In this document: positions 17,074-25,203 of the stretch, piece after piece
Layout of the letters: every line of letters begins with the position of its first letter
Position numbering within the stretch: position 1 is the first letter of the stretch
Source of the DNA: a virus
Reading direction: 5' to 3' (one strand)
Length of the DNA stretch: 35,344 nt
Virus record (IMG/VR): IMGVR_UViG_3300029549_000021
Notes under the pieces: generated by a model
Seen by the model: only the letters and a program-made list of their open reading frames with translations
Database searches by the model: none
Told to the model about the DNA's origin: nothing
Position numbers and translations under genes: made by a program

Positions 17074-17151
17074 ATATAACAAAGAAACCCGGCTGGTGCA
17101 TTCAGGCTGTTGGTCGGGAAAGGTGATCCTCTGTGTCAGCCGGGCAGCACA

Positions 17152-17193
17152 AAGCCCGCAGGGATGAAGGGAGTAAGTCTTTCCTGCGGGCTT
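17152..17193 (-). promoter_or_regulatory. 5'-proximal stem-loop of the late transcript (candidate antiterminator loading or RNA-stability element)
   Basis: AAGCCCGCAGG(GA)...(TT)CCTGCGGGCTT gives an 11-bp (extendable) stem. It starts about 5-10 nt after the predicted transcription start and is followed only by a weak U tract (UUUGUG). Confidence 0.45.
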
Positions 17194-17204
17194 CGGCATT
17201 TTAA

Positions 17205-17233
17205 ATTTTAGCAGGGGTTGACAGTATTATCAA
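17205..17233 (-). promoter_or_regulatory. Sigma70-like promoter of the late operon (P-late): TTGATA - 17 nt - TAAAAT
   Basis: Reverse complement of 17205..17233 is TTGATA atactgtcaacccctgc TAAAAT. It begins 18 nt downstream of the late-regulator stop codon (17251). Confidence 0.55.
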
Positions 17234-17250
17234 GTCCGGTTCGCTCCGGT

Positions 17251-17670
17251 TCAGTCCGGACTTTTGATATTCAGTCTTTTTATGGCCGCGCTGTGGCGCT
17301 GGAACATCTGGCTGCGGGAACTGCGGATGTTGATCGCGATGTCCGGCCAGTCCTCCAGCAGGATGTACCGCCGGAACAGGATCATGAAATCCACCTCATC
17401 GTCCAGCTGGCTGAACACCTCCATGATCTCGGCCCGGATGGCATCGCACACGGCAGACTGCGCCTCAGCGGCCCGGCGGGCCTCGTCGATGCGTTCCACA
17501 CTGCGGGGCAGAGCCTGTCCGTCGCCGCTGCCGCCCGGCACAGGGGAAAAGCGCTGGGTGGTGTGGGTGGCATCGGTCTGCAGCGTGGCCAGCTCGTCCA
17601 GTTTGAGCAGCTCGAACCGCTTTGCCGTCCGGTACCGCCAGAGCCATGCCTTTTTCTCTTCGTAGGTCAT
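17251..17670 (-). CDS. Late gene regulator, sigma-70 region-4-like HTH protein (DUF1492 / RinA-ArpU-position family)
   Basis: Track ORF trimmed to the ATG at 17670 (a TAATG overlap with the RusA stop), giving 139 aa. Product: MTYEEKKAWLWRYRTAKRFELLKLDELATLQ...PVPGGSGDG...RAEIMEVFSQLDDEVDFMILFRRYILLEDWPDIAINIRSSRSQMFQRHSAAIKRL. The pattern matches the streptococcal-phage DUF1492-type regulators I remember, and it is the last gene before the packaging module. Confidence 0.65.
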   Translation of the reverse strand: MTYEEKKAWLWRYRTAKRFELLKLDELATLQTDATHTTQRFSPVPGGSGDGQALPRSVERIDEARRAAEAQSAVCDAIRAEIMEVFSQLDDEVDFMILFRRYILLEDWPDIAINIRSSRSQMFQRHSAAIKRLNIKSPD

Positions 17671-18080
17671 TACAGTTCCTCCACCCGGACGAACACGCCG
17701 CAGGGGTCCGACCAGAATTTTTCCACGATCTCGCTGCACACCTGCGCGTCGTCGGCCCAGAAGTGCAGGCGGGTCATTTCGTCCTTGAGGGCCTTTTCCA
17801 GATTATCGGTGTCCGGCTTTGTGGTGCGCCAGCTGCCGTTTTTGCGGCCCTCGGCAGGGAAGCACCACTTGACCAGCAGACGCACCGGACGGCCTGCGGG
17901 GATGGGCTTTTCCGGCGCGTGGGGTGCCAGATGGGCGTGGAGCTTGGCACGGGTCTGTTTCAGTTCCGGGCTGTCGTGGAGCACCGCGTGCGGCTGCCCG
18001 CCCTTCATGTAGGCGTGCAGCTGCTTTGCGTTGTGGGTGGTGGTGGGCGGCTGCATGGGGATAAAGAATTGCATGTACAT
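17670..18080 (-). CDS. rusA: RusA-family Holliday junction resolvase
   Basis: Trimmed to the ATG at 18080 (GAGGTG 6 nt upstream), giving 136 aa. ...RLLVKWCFPAEGRKNGSWRTTKPDTDNLEKALKDEMTRLHFWADDAQV... carries the conserved RusA KPDxDNL...DD motif. Confidence 0.8.
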   Translation of the reverse strand: MYMQFFIPMQPPTTTHNAKQLHAYMKGGQPHAVLHDSPELKQTRAKLHAHLAPHAPEKPIPAGRPVRLLVKWCFPAEGRKNGSWRTTKPDTDNLEKALKDEMTRLHFWADDAQVCSEIVEKFWSDPCGVFVRVEEL

Positions 18081-18123
18081 GGGGTTCACCTCGTTTTTCT
18101 TTTTTTCAGGTTTTAGCGCCAAC

Positions 18124-18190
18124 GTGATGGGGAGGGTTCCCCGAATGGATGGGGGCTGTGTACGCCCCATCCTTCGGGATGCCCCATCAC
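18124..18190. repeat. Extended GC-rich imperfect inverted repeat (cruciform or stem-loop)
   Basis: GTGATGGGG..CCCGAA.GGATGGGG gctgtgtacg CCCCATCC TTCGGG..CCCCATCAC. Three nested arm pairs were read by eye. Confidence 0.6.
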
Positions 18191-18345
18191 AATTGCAGTT
18201 GCAGTTTTAGCTATTATATATAGGCTATTTTGCACTGCAAAATCTGCAGTCATAGCGGCTATAACTGCAAAATTGCAGTTTTTCCTGTCGTGCAAAATAG
18301 CGGCTATTTCTGCATTTTTACAACAAGCTGTAATTGAAGCTATTA
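18191..18345. repeat. AT-rich iteron cluster; candidate origin of replication
   Basis: Directly after the primase-helicase stop (18354). AATTGCAGTT occurs twice (18191, 18271), ACTGCAAAAT twice (18234, 18264; 30-bp spacing) and TAGCGGCTAT twice (18253, 18298). Inverted repeats: ATTTTGCA-c-TGCAAAAT, ACTGCA-aaatc-TGCAGT and ACTGCAA-aa-TTGCAGT. There is no credible ORF. Confidence 0.5.
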
Positions 18346-18353
18346 CAAAATGT

Positions 18354-20600
18354 TTAACCTGCGCTGCCGGGTTCCTTGCGTCCCACTTTCTCGCCATCGA
18401 TCCAGAACCGTCCGTCATCTTTCAGCCGCGTCTTGATGGTGCGGGGCTTCAGGTCCATGTACTCGGCCAGCGCATAGACGGTAACTTCGCCGTCCATCAT
18501 GCAGGCTTCAAAGGCGGTGTCCAGCTCGGCCTTTTTGTCCTTGGTCACTTTGACTTTATCGCCCCAGCGCTTGGATGCACCGCGGCTGCCCAGCGTTTTG
18601 AAATCGCTGTCCGGCTGCAGGTCCTCCAGCAGGCCGCTGTCCGGCTTGTGCACAGGGTAGTCGAACCAGAGGTTCACCGGGTCGAAGCGGGCAAACTCGC
18701 GCAGGGTGCCCTCGATGCGCCATGCGGTCATGCCGTCTGCCTTTTTCTCGGCAGCCGCGACCTCAGCATCGATGGCCCGCAGATCTGCAAGGCCCAGTTT
18801 TTCCTTTGCGATGGTCAGCATCCGGTGGCGGCTGAGGGTATCATCCAAGCCGTAGGCATCCGCATGACCGCGTTTGTCCAACATGGCCTTGATCACGCGG
18901 CAGGCGGCTTTGTTATGCAGCTGTTCCCGGATGGCATCGGTGGGCACCAGCTCGGTCATGTCCAGCATGGCATCCGGGTCGCGGGCGAACACGCCGGAGC
19001 CGGATGCACGGTCCATGCTGCGCTTGCCGCCCTGCGCACCCTTTGAGTGGTGGTGGCAGTAGATCACGGCACAGTTCAGTGCACGGCACACAAGGTCGAA
19101 CTGGTTGCAGAACTTTGCCATCTGGTCGGCAGAGTTCTCGTCGCCGGTAATGACCTTATAAATGGGGTCGAGGATCACGGCGGTGTAGCCTTTTTTCTGG
19201 GCCCGGCGGATGAGCTTTGGGGCCAGCTTGTCCATGGGCACGGACGCACCGCGCAGGTTCCAGATGTCGATGTTCCGCAGGTTCTGCGGGGGCAGGCCGA
19301 GGGCGGTGTACACGTCCTTGAAGCGGTGCAGGCAGGAGGCCCGGTCCAGCTCCAGATTGATGTACAGTACCTTGCCCTGTGCGCAGGAGAACCGGCCCAG
19401 CCACGGCCTGCCTTCAGCGATGGCGATGCACAGCTCGATGAGGGCAAAACTCTTGCCCGCCTTGCTTGGGCCCGCCAGCAGCATCTTGTGGCCCTTGCGC
19501 AGCACCCCGGTGATGAGGGCATCGGCCAGCGGGGGCAGGCTCTCCCAGTCGTCGGCCAGACTCTCGGTCTCGGGCAGCTCGTCGGTCTCCGCTTCCAGCC
19601 AGTCCCGCCATTCATCCCAGCAGGATCTGCCGATGTTCGTTTCCAGCAGCACCTGCCGTTTGTCACCGCGCGGGATGCCGGGCATCCGGGAAAGGCGGGA
19701 AGGGTTGCGGTTCTGCTGGTCGATGGTCAGGCCGTTTTTCTGGCAGGCGGAATAGAGATAATCCACACGCCTGCGGTACTCGGCGTAGTCCGGGGCATCC
19801 ACCTTCACGATGGCGTGGACGCTCTTGCCGCCAGAGTAGACCAGCGCCGCACAGGGCAGTTCCAGCTGCTTGATGATAGCCTGCTGCTTGCCCAGCTCCA
19901 TGTTGTCGCACTCTACGAGGGCATAGCGATAGGCAGTAATATTGGCATCCTTGCGTCCGGTGCCGTCCACAGGGTTGAAGCAGATCCATGCACCTACTTC
20001 AGGATCACAGTCGCCCACCACCTTGCCGAGGTCGCCGCCGCAGGCATCCAGCTCGGTGATGAGCTGCCCTGCGGTGCGGGTCCAGCTGCCTTTTGCAGGG
20101 CGGCGGCGGTCGGCGGCCATAAAGCTTTCGGTCACATAGGCCACATATTCATCCGGCTCAAACAGGGCTTGCAGGTAGCGCTTGAGCTGGTCGGCGGGGT
20201 GCCACTCTGCGGGCAAAGTCAGCTCGTGGGCTTCCACCCAGCGCGGGTCTACCAGACGGCCCTCGGTTTGCGTACTGGTGCCGGCAGAAATATCATCGTT
20301 CCAGTCCAGAGCGTGGCCTGCGGGGCCGCTCCATCCGTGGGAGTAGGCCAGCTGAAAAATGCTGCTTGCGGTGACGGGGCTGGCCCCGCCGCCGTGAAAG
20401 CTTTCCCATTTCTTGACGCACTCGCCCTTGTGATAGCGGCCCGCATCGCGTGTGCTCCACTGTTCCCAGATGGTAACGGGCAGACCGGCATCCTTCAGTG
20501 CCATGCCCACCATGAGCCATTCGTCATAGGTCAGGGCGGACGGGGATACGAAGTCCAATGCTTCCTTGAGTTCATTTTCATGTTCCATTCGCGTTACCAT
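18354..20600 (-). CDS. Primase-helicase: AEP/Prim-Pol-like primase N-terminal region fused to a RepA/AAA_25-like (RecA-fold) helicase/ATPase
   Basis: 748 aa. The N-terminus ALTYDEWLMVGMALKDAGLPVTIWEQWS...KKWESF is PriCT-like, and ...ALVECDN...ALVYSGGKSVHAIVKV is an AEP motif. Walker A is LLAGPSKAGKSF and Walker B is YTAVILDP. A C-terminal HTH-like tail is present. Confidence 0.8.
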   Translation of the reverse strand: MVTRMEHENELKEALDFVSPSALTYDEWLMVGMALKDAGLPVTIWEQWSTRDAGRYHKGECVKKWESFHGGGASPVTASSIFQLAYSHGWSGPAGHALDWNDDISAGTSTQTEGRLVDPRWVEAHELTLPAEWHPADQLKRYLQALFEPDEYVAYVTESFMAADRRRPAKGSWTRTAGQLITELDACGGDLGKVVGDCDPEVGAWICFNPVDGTGRKDANITAYRYALVECDNMELGKQQAIIKQLELPCAALVYSGGKSVHAIVKVDAPDYAEYRRRVDYLYSACQKNGLTIDQQNRNPSRLSRMPGIPRGDKRQVLLETNIGRSCWDEWRDWLEAETDELPETESLADDWESLPPLADALITGVLRKGHKMLLAGPSKAGKSFALIELCIAIAEGRPWLGRFSCAQGKVLYINLELDRASCLHRFKDVYTALGLPPQNLRNIDIWNLRGASVPMDKLAPKLIRRAQKKGYTAVILDPIYKVITGDENSADQMAKFCNQFDLVCRALNCAVIYCHHHSKGAQGGKRSMDRASGSGVFARDPDAMLDMTELVPTDAIREQLHNKAACRVIKAMLDKRGHADAYGLDDTLSRHRMLTIAKEKLGLADLRAIDAEVAAAEKKADGMTAWRIEGTLREFARFDPVNLWFDYPVHKPDSGLLEDLQPDSDFKTLGSRGASKRWGDKVKVTKDKKAELDTAFEACMMDGEVTVYALAEYMDLKPRTIKTRLKDDGRFWIDGEKVGRKEPGSAG

Positions 20601-22225
20601 CCGAAGTCAATGTCTGATGTGGGCGGCTCCTGTGCAGGAGTGTAAGTCTTTGGGTTCACGCCCTTGGGCACGCCGCGCCAGCCCTGCACCGCAATGCGGT
20701 CGATCATGTGTTTGGCTGCATCGAAGCTCCACGTGCCCACGCTCTGGAAACCGTAACGTTCCAGTACGCGGATCTGCTTGGGTGTGGTCAAGCCTTCAGC
20801 GCGGCGCTTGTTCAACCGGTCCAGCAGCAGGGAAGCCTTACCAGCAGATTCTACAGCGTCCGGCAGGATGCCCATTTTTTCAAGAGCAGCAGTCTGTTCC
20901 GCGCTGGGCGGGCCTGCTTCCCAGCCAAAGGCCGGCACATATCCGGCAAGGTCTTCAGCCTGAATGCTCATTTCGTACTGCAGCGGGTCCACGAGACGGG
21001 CTTTTTTGCGGCGCTGTTCTTCCAGCTGTTTTGCAAGTGCTTCTTCCCGCTGGGCCACCACGTCCTCGCTGGCCTGCACGGCTGCTTTCTCGATGTCCTC
21101 CGGGCATCCGGTCTGGGCCAGATTTTCGGTCATCTGCCGGGCCACGGCGCGGTCCTCACAAATCAGATCAGCCGGGCGGCACAGCTCGTGTTTGTCGGTC
21201 ATCCACAAAAAATCCAGCAAAAGCAGATCGCTCTTGCCCGGGGAGAGCCGGGTGCCGCGCCCTACCATCTGACTGTACAGGCTGCGCACCTTGGTGGGCC
21301 GCAGCACCACCACGCAGTCCACAGACGGGCAGTCCCAGCCCTCGGTGAGCAGCATGGAGTTGCACAGCACGTTGTATTTGCCTGCATCGAAATCCGCCAG
21401 CACTTCCTTGCGGTCGGTGCTCTGGCCGTTGACCTCGGCGGCACAAAAGCCCTTGGCGTTCAGCAGGTCCCGGAACTTCTGGCTGGTTTTGATGAGGGGC
21501 AGGAATACGACTGTTTTGCGGCCCTTGCAGCGCTGGGCCATTTCAGCGGCGATCTGTTCCAGATAGGGGTCCAGCGCCGTGCCGAGGTCTCCCACGGCGT
21601 AGTCCCCGCCGCTCATGGTGACAGAAGAAATGTCCAGCTTCAGGGGGATGGTCTGGGCCATGATCCTGCACAGATAACCCTCCTTGATGGCATCGGTCAG
21701 CTTATACTCAAAGGCAAGGCTGTCGAACACCTCGCCCAGATTGCGCATGTCGCCGCGGTCTGGGGTGGCGGTGACGCCCAGCACCTTGGCGCTGCCGAAG
21801 TAGTCGAGGATGCGGCGGTAGCCGTCGGTGATGGCGTGGTGGGCCTCGTCAATGATGATAGTGCCAAAGTAATCATGAGAAAAGCGTTCCAGCCGGGCGG
21901 TGCGCTGCAGGGTCTGCACGCTGCCCACCACCACACGGAACCATGTATTCAGACAGGTGGCATCTGCCTTTTCCACCGCGCTGACAAGGCCGGTGGAGCG
22001 CTGCAGCTTGTCCGCTGCCTGTTCCAGCAGCTCACCGCGATGCGCCAGAATGAGCACCCGGTCACCGGCGCGCACCTGATCGGCTGCTACCGATGCAAAC
22101 ACGATGGTCTTGCCGGTGCCGGTAGGCAACACCAACAGGGTGCGTGTGTGGCCGTTCTCCCACTCGGCGTGGATGCGTTCACGGGCCTGCTGCTGGTAGG
22201 GGCGCAGGGTTTGTGTCTCGGCCAT
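20594..22225 (-). CDS. SF2 DEAD/DEAH-box helicase (type III restriction res-subunit-like)
   Basis: 543 aa. LRPYQQQA, LPTGTGKT (motif I), IIIDEAHH (motif II), VLGVTATP (motif III), and the helicase C domain motif ...TEGWDCPSVDCVVVLRPT...QMVGRGTR. Confidence 0.85.
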   Translation of the reverse strand: MAETQTLRPYQQQARERIHAEWENGHTRTLLVLPTGTGKTIVFASVAADQVRAGDRVLILAHRGELLEQAADKLQRSTGLVSAVEKADATCLNTWFRVVVGSVQTLQRTARLERFSHDYFGTIIIDEAHHAITDGYRRILDYFGSAKVLGVTATPDRGDMRNLGEVFDSLAFEYKLTDAIKEGYLCRIMAQTIPLKLDISSVTMSGGDYAVGDLGTALDPYLEQIAAEMAQRCKGRKTVVFLPLIKTSQKFRDLLNAKGFCAAEVNGQSTDRKEVLADFDAGKYNVLCNSMLLTEGWDCPSVDCVVVLRPTKVRSLYSQMVGRGTRLSPGKSDLLLLDFLWMTDKHELCRPADLICEDRAVARQMTENLAQTGCPEDIEKAAVQASEDVVAQREEALAKQLEEQRRKKARLVDPLQYEMSIQAEDLAGYVPAFGWEAGPPSAEQTAALEKMGILPDAVESAGKASLLLDRLNKRRAEGLTTPKQIRVLERYGFQSVGTWSFDAAKHMIDRIAVQGWRGVPKGVNPKTYTPAQEPPTSDIDFGW

Positions 22226-22714
22226 TTAGAACGCCCCCTGTGTCCAGCCCTGAGTGGGTGCAGCTTTGGGTTCGGGCGGCGGCAGGAAGCGCTGCACTTC
22301 GTTGCTCTGGCCGGTCTCGCCTGCATGAGGACCGCTCTGCTTGGTGTACTCGTGGATACCCAGCTTGCAGATGCCTTTGGCACCCACGACCTCGTTCCAG
22401 CGGGGGCGGAAGGTCTCGCCCCGCTTGCACTGACCGATGCTCTCAAAGAAAGCCCCCAGCAGGCCCTGCGTTTTAGTGTGCAGGTACAGGCGGTGGGTCA
22501 CGGTGGTATCACCCTTGGCCCCGCCGAAGATCTTCAGGGTCAGCTTTGCCATGGAGCAGGGCGGGAGCTTTGCGCTGCCCTCAAAGCGGGCACGCTCCAT
22601 GCCGGTGACCTCAAAGGCATACTCGCCCTCGGGCAGGAGCATGAACTCCTGCTGCTCGTTGGTAAATTCGTCGTCCCAGCTCAGGGCGCGGTCGGTGGTA
22701 TTCATGTCGTTCAT
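22226..22714 (-). CDS. DUF669-like phage replication-module protein
   Basis: 162 aa. ...LSWDDEFTNEQQEFMLLPEGEYAFEVTGMERARF... is followed by a P-rich tail. It pairs with an AAA_24-like ATPase, as in many Firmicutes phages. The family name is from memory. Confidence 0.6.
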   Translation of the reverse strand: MNDMNTTDRALSWDDEFTNEQQEFMLLPEGEYAFEVTGMERARFEGSAKLPPCSMAKLTLKIFGGAKGDTTVTHRLYLHTKTQGLLGAFFESIGQCKRGETFRPRWNEVVGAKGICKLGIHEYTKQSGPHAGETGQSNEVQRFLPPPEPKAAPTQGWTQGAF

Positions 22715-22788
22715 AAGTAATTACTCCTTTATTATAAAACTCCTTCAGTCACGCTTACACGTGCCAGCTCCCTCCGTGAGGGAGCCTG

Positions 22789-23874
22789 TTAAAACGGGAT
22801 ATCACGGTTATCCAGCACCATCTGGAACACCTGCGGCCATGCGGCGATCAGACAGCCCTCCACAAAGTCAGCGGGGTAGTCCTTGATGGGCATATCCTCC
22901 GGGAAATAGCCTCGTTTGCCCACAACGCCCTGCAGCTCTTCACAGCTGACCTTGTTGGCGCTCATCAGAGCGGCCAGCTTTTCCGGCACGCCCAGACTGA
23001 GCAGAACATTTTTCTCAGAGCTTTCCTGCAGCGGTGCGGGCTGCGGCTGAGCCACCGGCTTTGCTTCCTGCTGCGGGCTGGGCAGGATGTCGGCTTCCGG
23101 CTGGGAACGCGGCTGCGGTTCCGGTTTTGGTGCCTGTGCAGACATTGCGCCGGGGATGCAGGCGGCAATGCTGGCATAGTCAAAGGGTACTTCCTCCGGC
23201 AGGTCAAAGCGGTTTTTTGCATCCCAGCAGGGGTGATGCGCGGTGTACAGTACACGCCTGCCGCCGCTGGCCTTGCTTTTGGCGTTCTTGCCGTCGCCCA
23301 CCTTTTCCACAACGGTCTTGTAGTTGGCAAACAGCAGCATATCGCACCACTCGCGCAGCAGCGGGGCCACCTGTTTGGAAGTTTTCATGCTCCAGCGGTC
23401 GTAGTTGCCCACGGCATCCGGCTGCTCAAATTTGGTAATAGCGGCATGGGCCAGCACCACCACGTTGTGTCCGGCCTGCAGCACCTCTTCCAGCGCGTCC
23501 AGCAGCTTGCCGAACTCTTCCTTAACATAGGTGTAGCCCTTGCCGTAGCCGAAATCTTCGATGCCGTTCACCTTGGCTTTGGCACACACGGCCTGAATGC
23601 ACAGGCGTTCAGCCCAGTCGGCGGTATCAATGACCAGCGTGCCGCAGGGGACACTGCCCTTGCGTACCTCGGCCACCTCATCCAGCAGCATGGCCCAGCT
23701 GGTGGGCTGGGGCAGGCGCTTGACGTTCAGCCGCTTGGTGCCGCCCTCGGTGTCGATGAAAACAGGATTCGGGAAATGGGATGCAAAGGTGCTTTTGCCG
23801 ATGCCCTCGGGCCCGTACAGCACGGTCTTGACCGGCGAATTCTGGATGCCGGTGGTAACTGCATATTTGCTCAT
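22789..23874 (-). CDS. AAA_24-like (Sak4/RecA-like) ATPase with a P/Q-rich linker and a C-terminal domain ending in DIPF
   Basis: 361 aa. Walker A is LYGPEGIGKST, and ...VFIDTEGG... is also present. The linker is APKPEPQPRSQPEADILPSPQQEAKPVAQPQPAP. The terminal residues are ...LDNRDIPF. Confidence 0.7.
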   Translation of the reverse strand: MSKYAVTTGIQNSPVKTVLYGPEGIGKSTFASHFPNPVFIDTEGGTKRLNVKRLPQPTSWAMLLDEVAEVRKGSVPCGTLVIDTADWAERLCIQAVCAKAKVNGIEDFGYGKGYTYVKEEFGKLLDALEEVLQAGHNVVVLAHAAITKFEQPDAVGNYDRWSMKTSKQVAPLLREWCDMLLFANYKTVVEKVGDGKNAKSKASGGRRVLYTAHHPCWDAKNRFDLPEEVPFDYASIAACIPGAMSAQAPKPEPQPRSQPEADILPSPQQEAKPVAQPQPAPLQESSEKNVLLSLGVPEKLAALMSANKVSCEELQGVVGKRGYFPEDMPIKDYPADFVEGCLIAAWPQVFQMVLDNRDIPF

Positions 23875-25203
23875 TTAGAACGCTCCTTTCGTCCAGCTTT
23901 TCTGCTGGGGCTTTTCGGTGACGGGCGGCAGGGAGGTTTCGGCATCCTTCACCATGCCGTCCTCAATGATGATTTGGCACTCGCTGCCGGTGGAGACCCG
24001 GGTGGCGATGGCCTGCAGGTGCTCCGCTTCCAGCCATGCGGAGAACTCCTGCAGGGTGGTCATGTCCATTTGTTCCAGCTTGTCCAGCAGCACGAAACCG
24101 CAGTCCGGGTTCAGGCGGCGTACGATGGCAGCGGCCACCCGCAGCTGGTCGCTGCCGGACATGTCCCGCCAGTGCTTGCCTTTATAGGTAAGGGCACCGT
24201 CCTCTACGCCAAGGCCCGGTAGGGGCAGGTCGGCACCGTTCAGCAGGGCCATACGGTCGGCACGCTTCTGCGTGATAGCTTCAGTCAGGCGCTTATATTC
24301 ACTGTCATACTGGGCGGCCTCGTCCTCGGCGCGGGATTTTTCGAGGTTGGCGCGGACTTTGCGGTTGGTCTCCTCAATGCCCCGGATGGAAGCTTCCAGT
24401 TCGGCGGTGGATTCGTCCTGAAGCTGGGCGACGGTCTTTTGAGCGGTTTTCCGCTGATTGAACAGGCGGGTGTGCTTGGCGTCGAGCTGCTGATACTGTT
24501 GTTCCAGCTCGGCAATGCGTTCACGGGTGCGTTTCAGTTCGGCCACACACTGCTGCTCCTGACGCTCAAGCTCTGTGTACTGTGCCCGCAGACGCTGATT
24601 CTCGCCGTTGCGGGCCAGAATTTCCTGCTGCTGGCGGATGAGGTCGGACGCGCTGACCGGCTCATCCGGCGCATCCGGGTAGGAGATCAGCTCCTCGGCA
24701 AAGTGCTTTTTCTGCTGGGCCAGCTGGCCGGTGAAGGTGCGCTTGTCGTACAGGGCCTTGATCTCCATGTCACGGGTGTGCAGCTCGGTGCCGATGCCGA
24801 TGATCCGGAGCAGGATGTCGGCTTTCTCCTTGTCGGTGGCTTCCATGAAGCGGGGCAAGTCCAGCGCCAGCGGCTCCACAAAGGCGTTCAGCAACTGCTG
24901 CCCGCTGCGCCGCCCGGTGGGGTCAGTGACGGTCAGACTGGCATTCTTGCCCTTGCGCTCCACCACCACGCCGTTGGAGAGCCTGACCTTGAGGTGGGCG
25001 GGAGCCACTGCGCCGTCCCGCTGGGCAGCGTCCGGGCGGAAACGGTCGCCGCCCAGTGCCCATGCCAGAGCATCCAGAACACTGGTTTTGCCCTGATTGT
25101 TGTTGCCGCCCACGATGGTCAGGCCAGTGGGCGACGGCGTGAGTGCAACGGCCTTGATGCGTTTGACGTTTTCGGCTTCCAGAGCCGTGATCTTTACAGA
25201 CAT
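23875..25203 (-). CDS. SMC/RecF/SbcC-like AAA ATPase with a long coiled coil
   Basis: 442 aa. The N-terminus MSVKITALEAENVKRIKAV...IVGGNNNQGKTSVLDALAWALGG carries Walker A. It has a central coiled coil and a C-terminal ...FVLLDKLEQMD (Walker B/D-loop-like). Confidence 0.7.
   Translation of the reverse strand: MSVKITALEAENVKRIKAVALTPSPTGLTIVGGNNNQGKTSVLDALAWALGGDRFRPDAAQRDGAVAPAHLKVRLSNGVVVERKGKNASLTVTDPTGRRSGQQLLNAFVEPLALDLPRFMEATDKEKADILLRIIGIGTELHTRDMEIKALYDKRTFTGQLAQQKKHFAEELISYPDAPDEPVSASDLIRQQQEILARNGENQRLRAQYTELERQEQQCVAELKRTRERIAELEQQYQQLDAKHTRLFNQRKTAQKTVAQLQDESTAELEASIRGIEETNRKVRANLEKSRAEDEAAQYDSEYKRLTEAITQKRADRMALLNGADLPLPGLGVEDGALTYKGKHWRDMSGSDQLRVAAAIVRRLNPDCGFVLLDKLEQMDMTTLQEFSAWLEAEHLQAIATRVSTGSECQIIIEDGMVKDAETSLPPVTEKPQQKSWTKGAF

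Noticed and set aside
16865-17101. The 79-codon N-terminal extension of the HNH ORF (track 16517..17101), and the overlapping ORFs 16727..17005, 16920..17126 and 16969..17199.
   Set aside because: - The extension would be translated across three intrinsic terminators and has no SD.
- The ATG at 16864 has GGAGG 8 nt upstream, and the HNH domain starts there.
3128-22720. Many long plus-strand ORFs in the track (for example 3128..3961, 4485..6155, 6594..7940, 9909..11231, 14718..16370, 17218..18012, 19047..20645, 20708..22720, 23233..24222, 24439..25221).
   Set aside because: - They lie antisense to minus-strand genes that have clear family signatures (TMP, capsid, TerL, primase, helicase and others).
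- Their products are low-complexity Gly/Ala/Arg/His/Leu-rich strings with no motifs.
- They lack SD sequences.
- They are the expected stop-poor shadow frames of GC-rich coding DNA.
22715-22788. The hairpin GCTCCCTC-cgt-GAGGGAGC and the AT-rich spacer between the AAA_24-like and DUF669-like genes, as a possible internal terminator or promoter.
   Set aside because: - No U-run follows the stem on the minus strand.
- I could not place a convincing -35/-10 pair.
- It is more likely an mRNA processing or stability element or simple spacer, and the evidence is insufficient.
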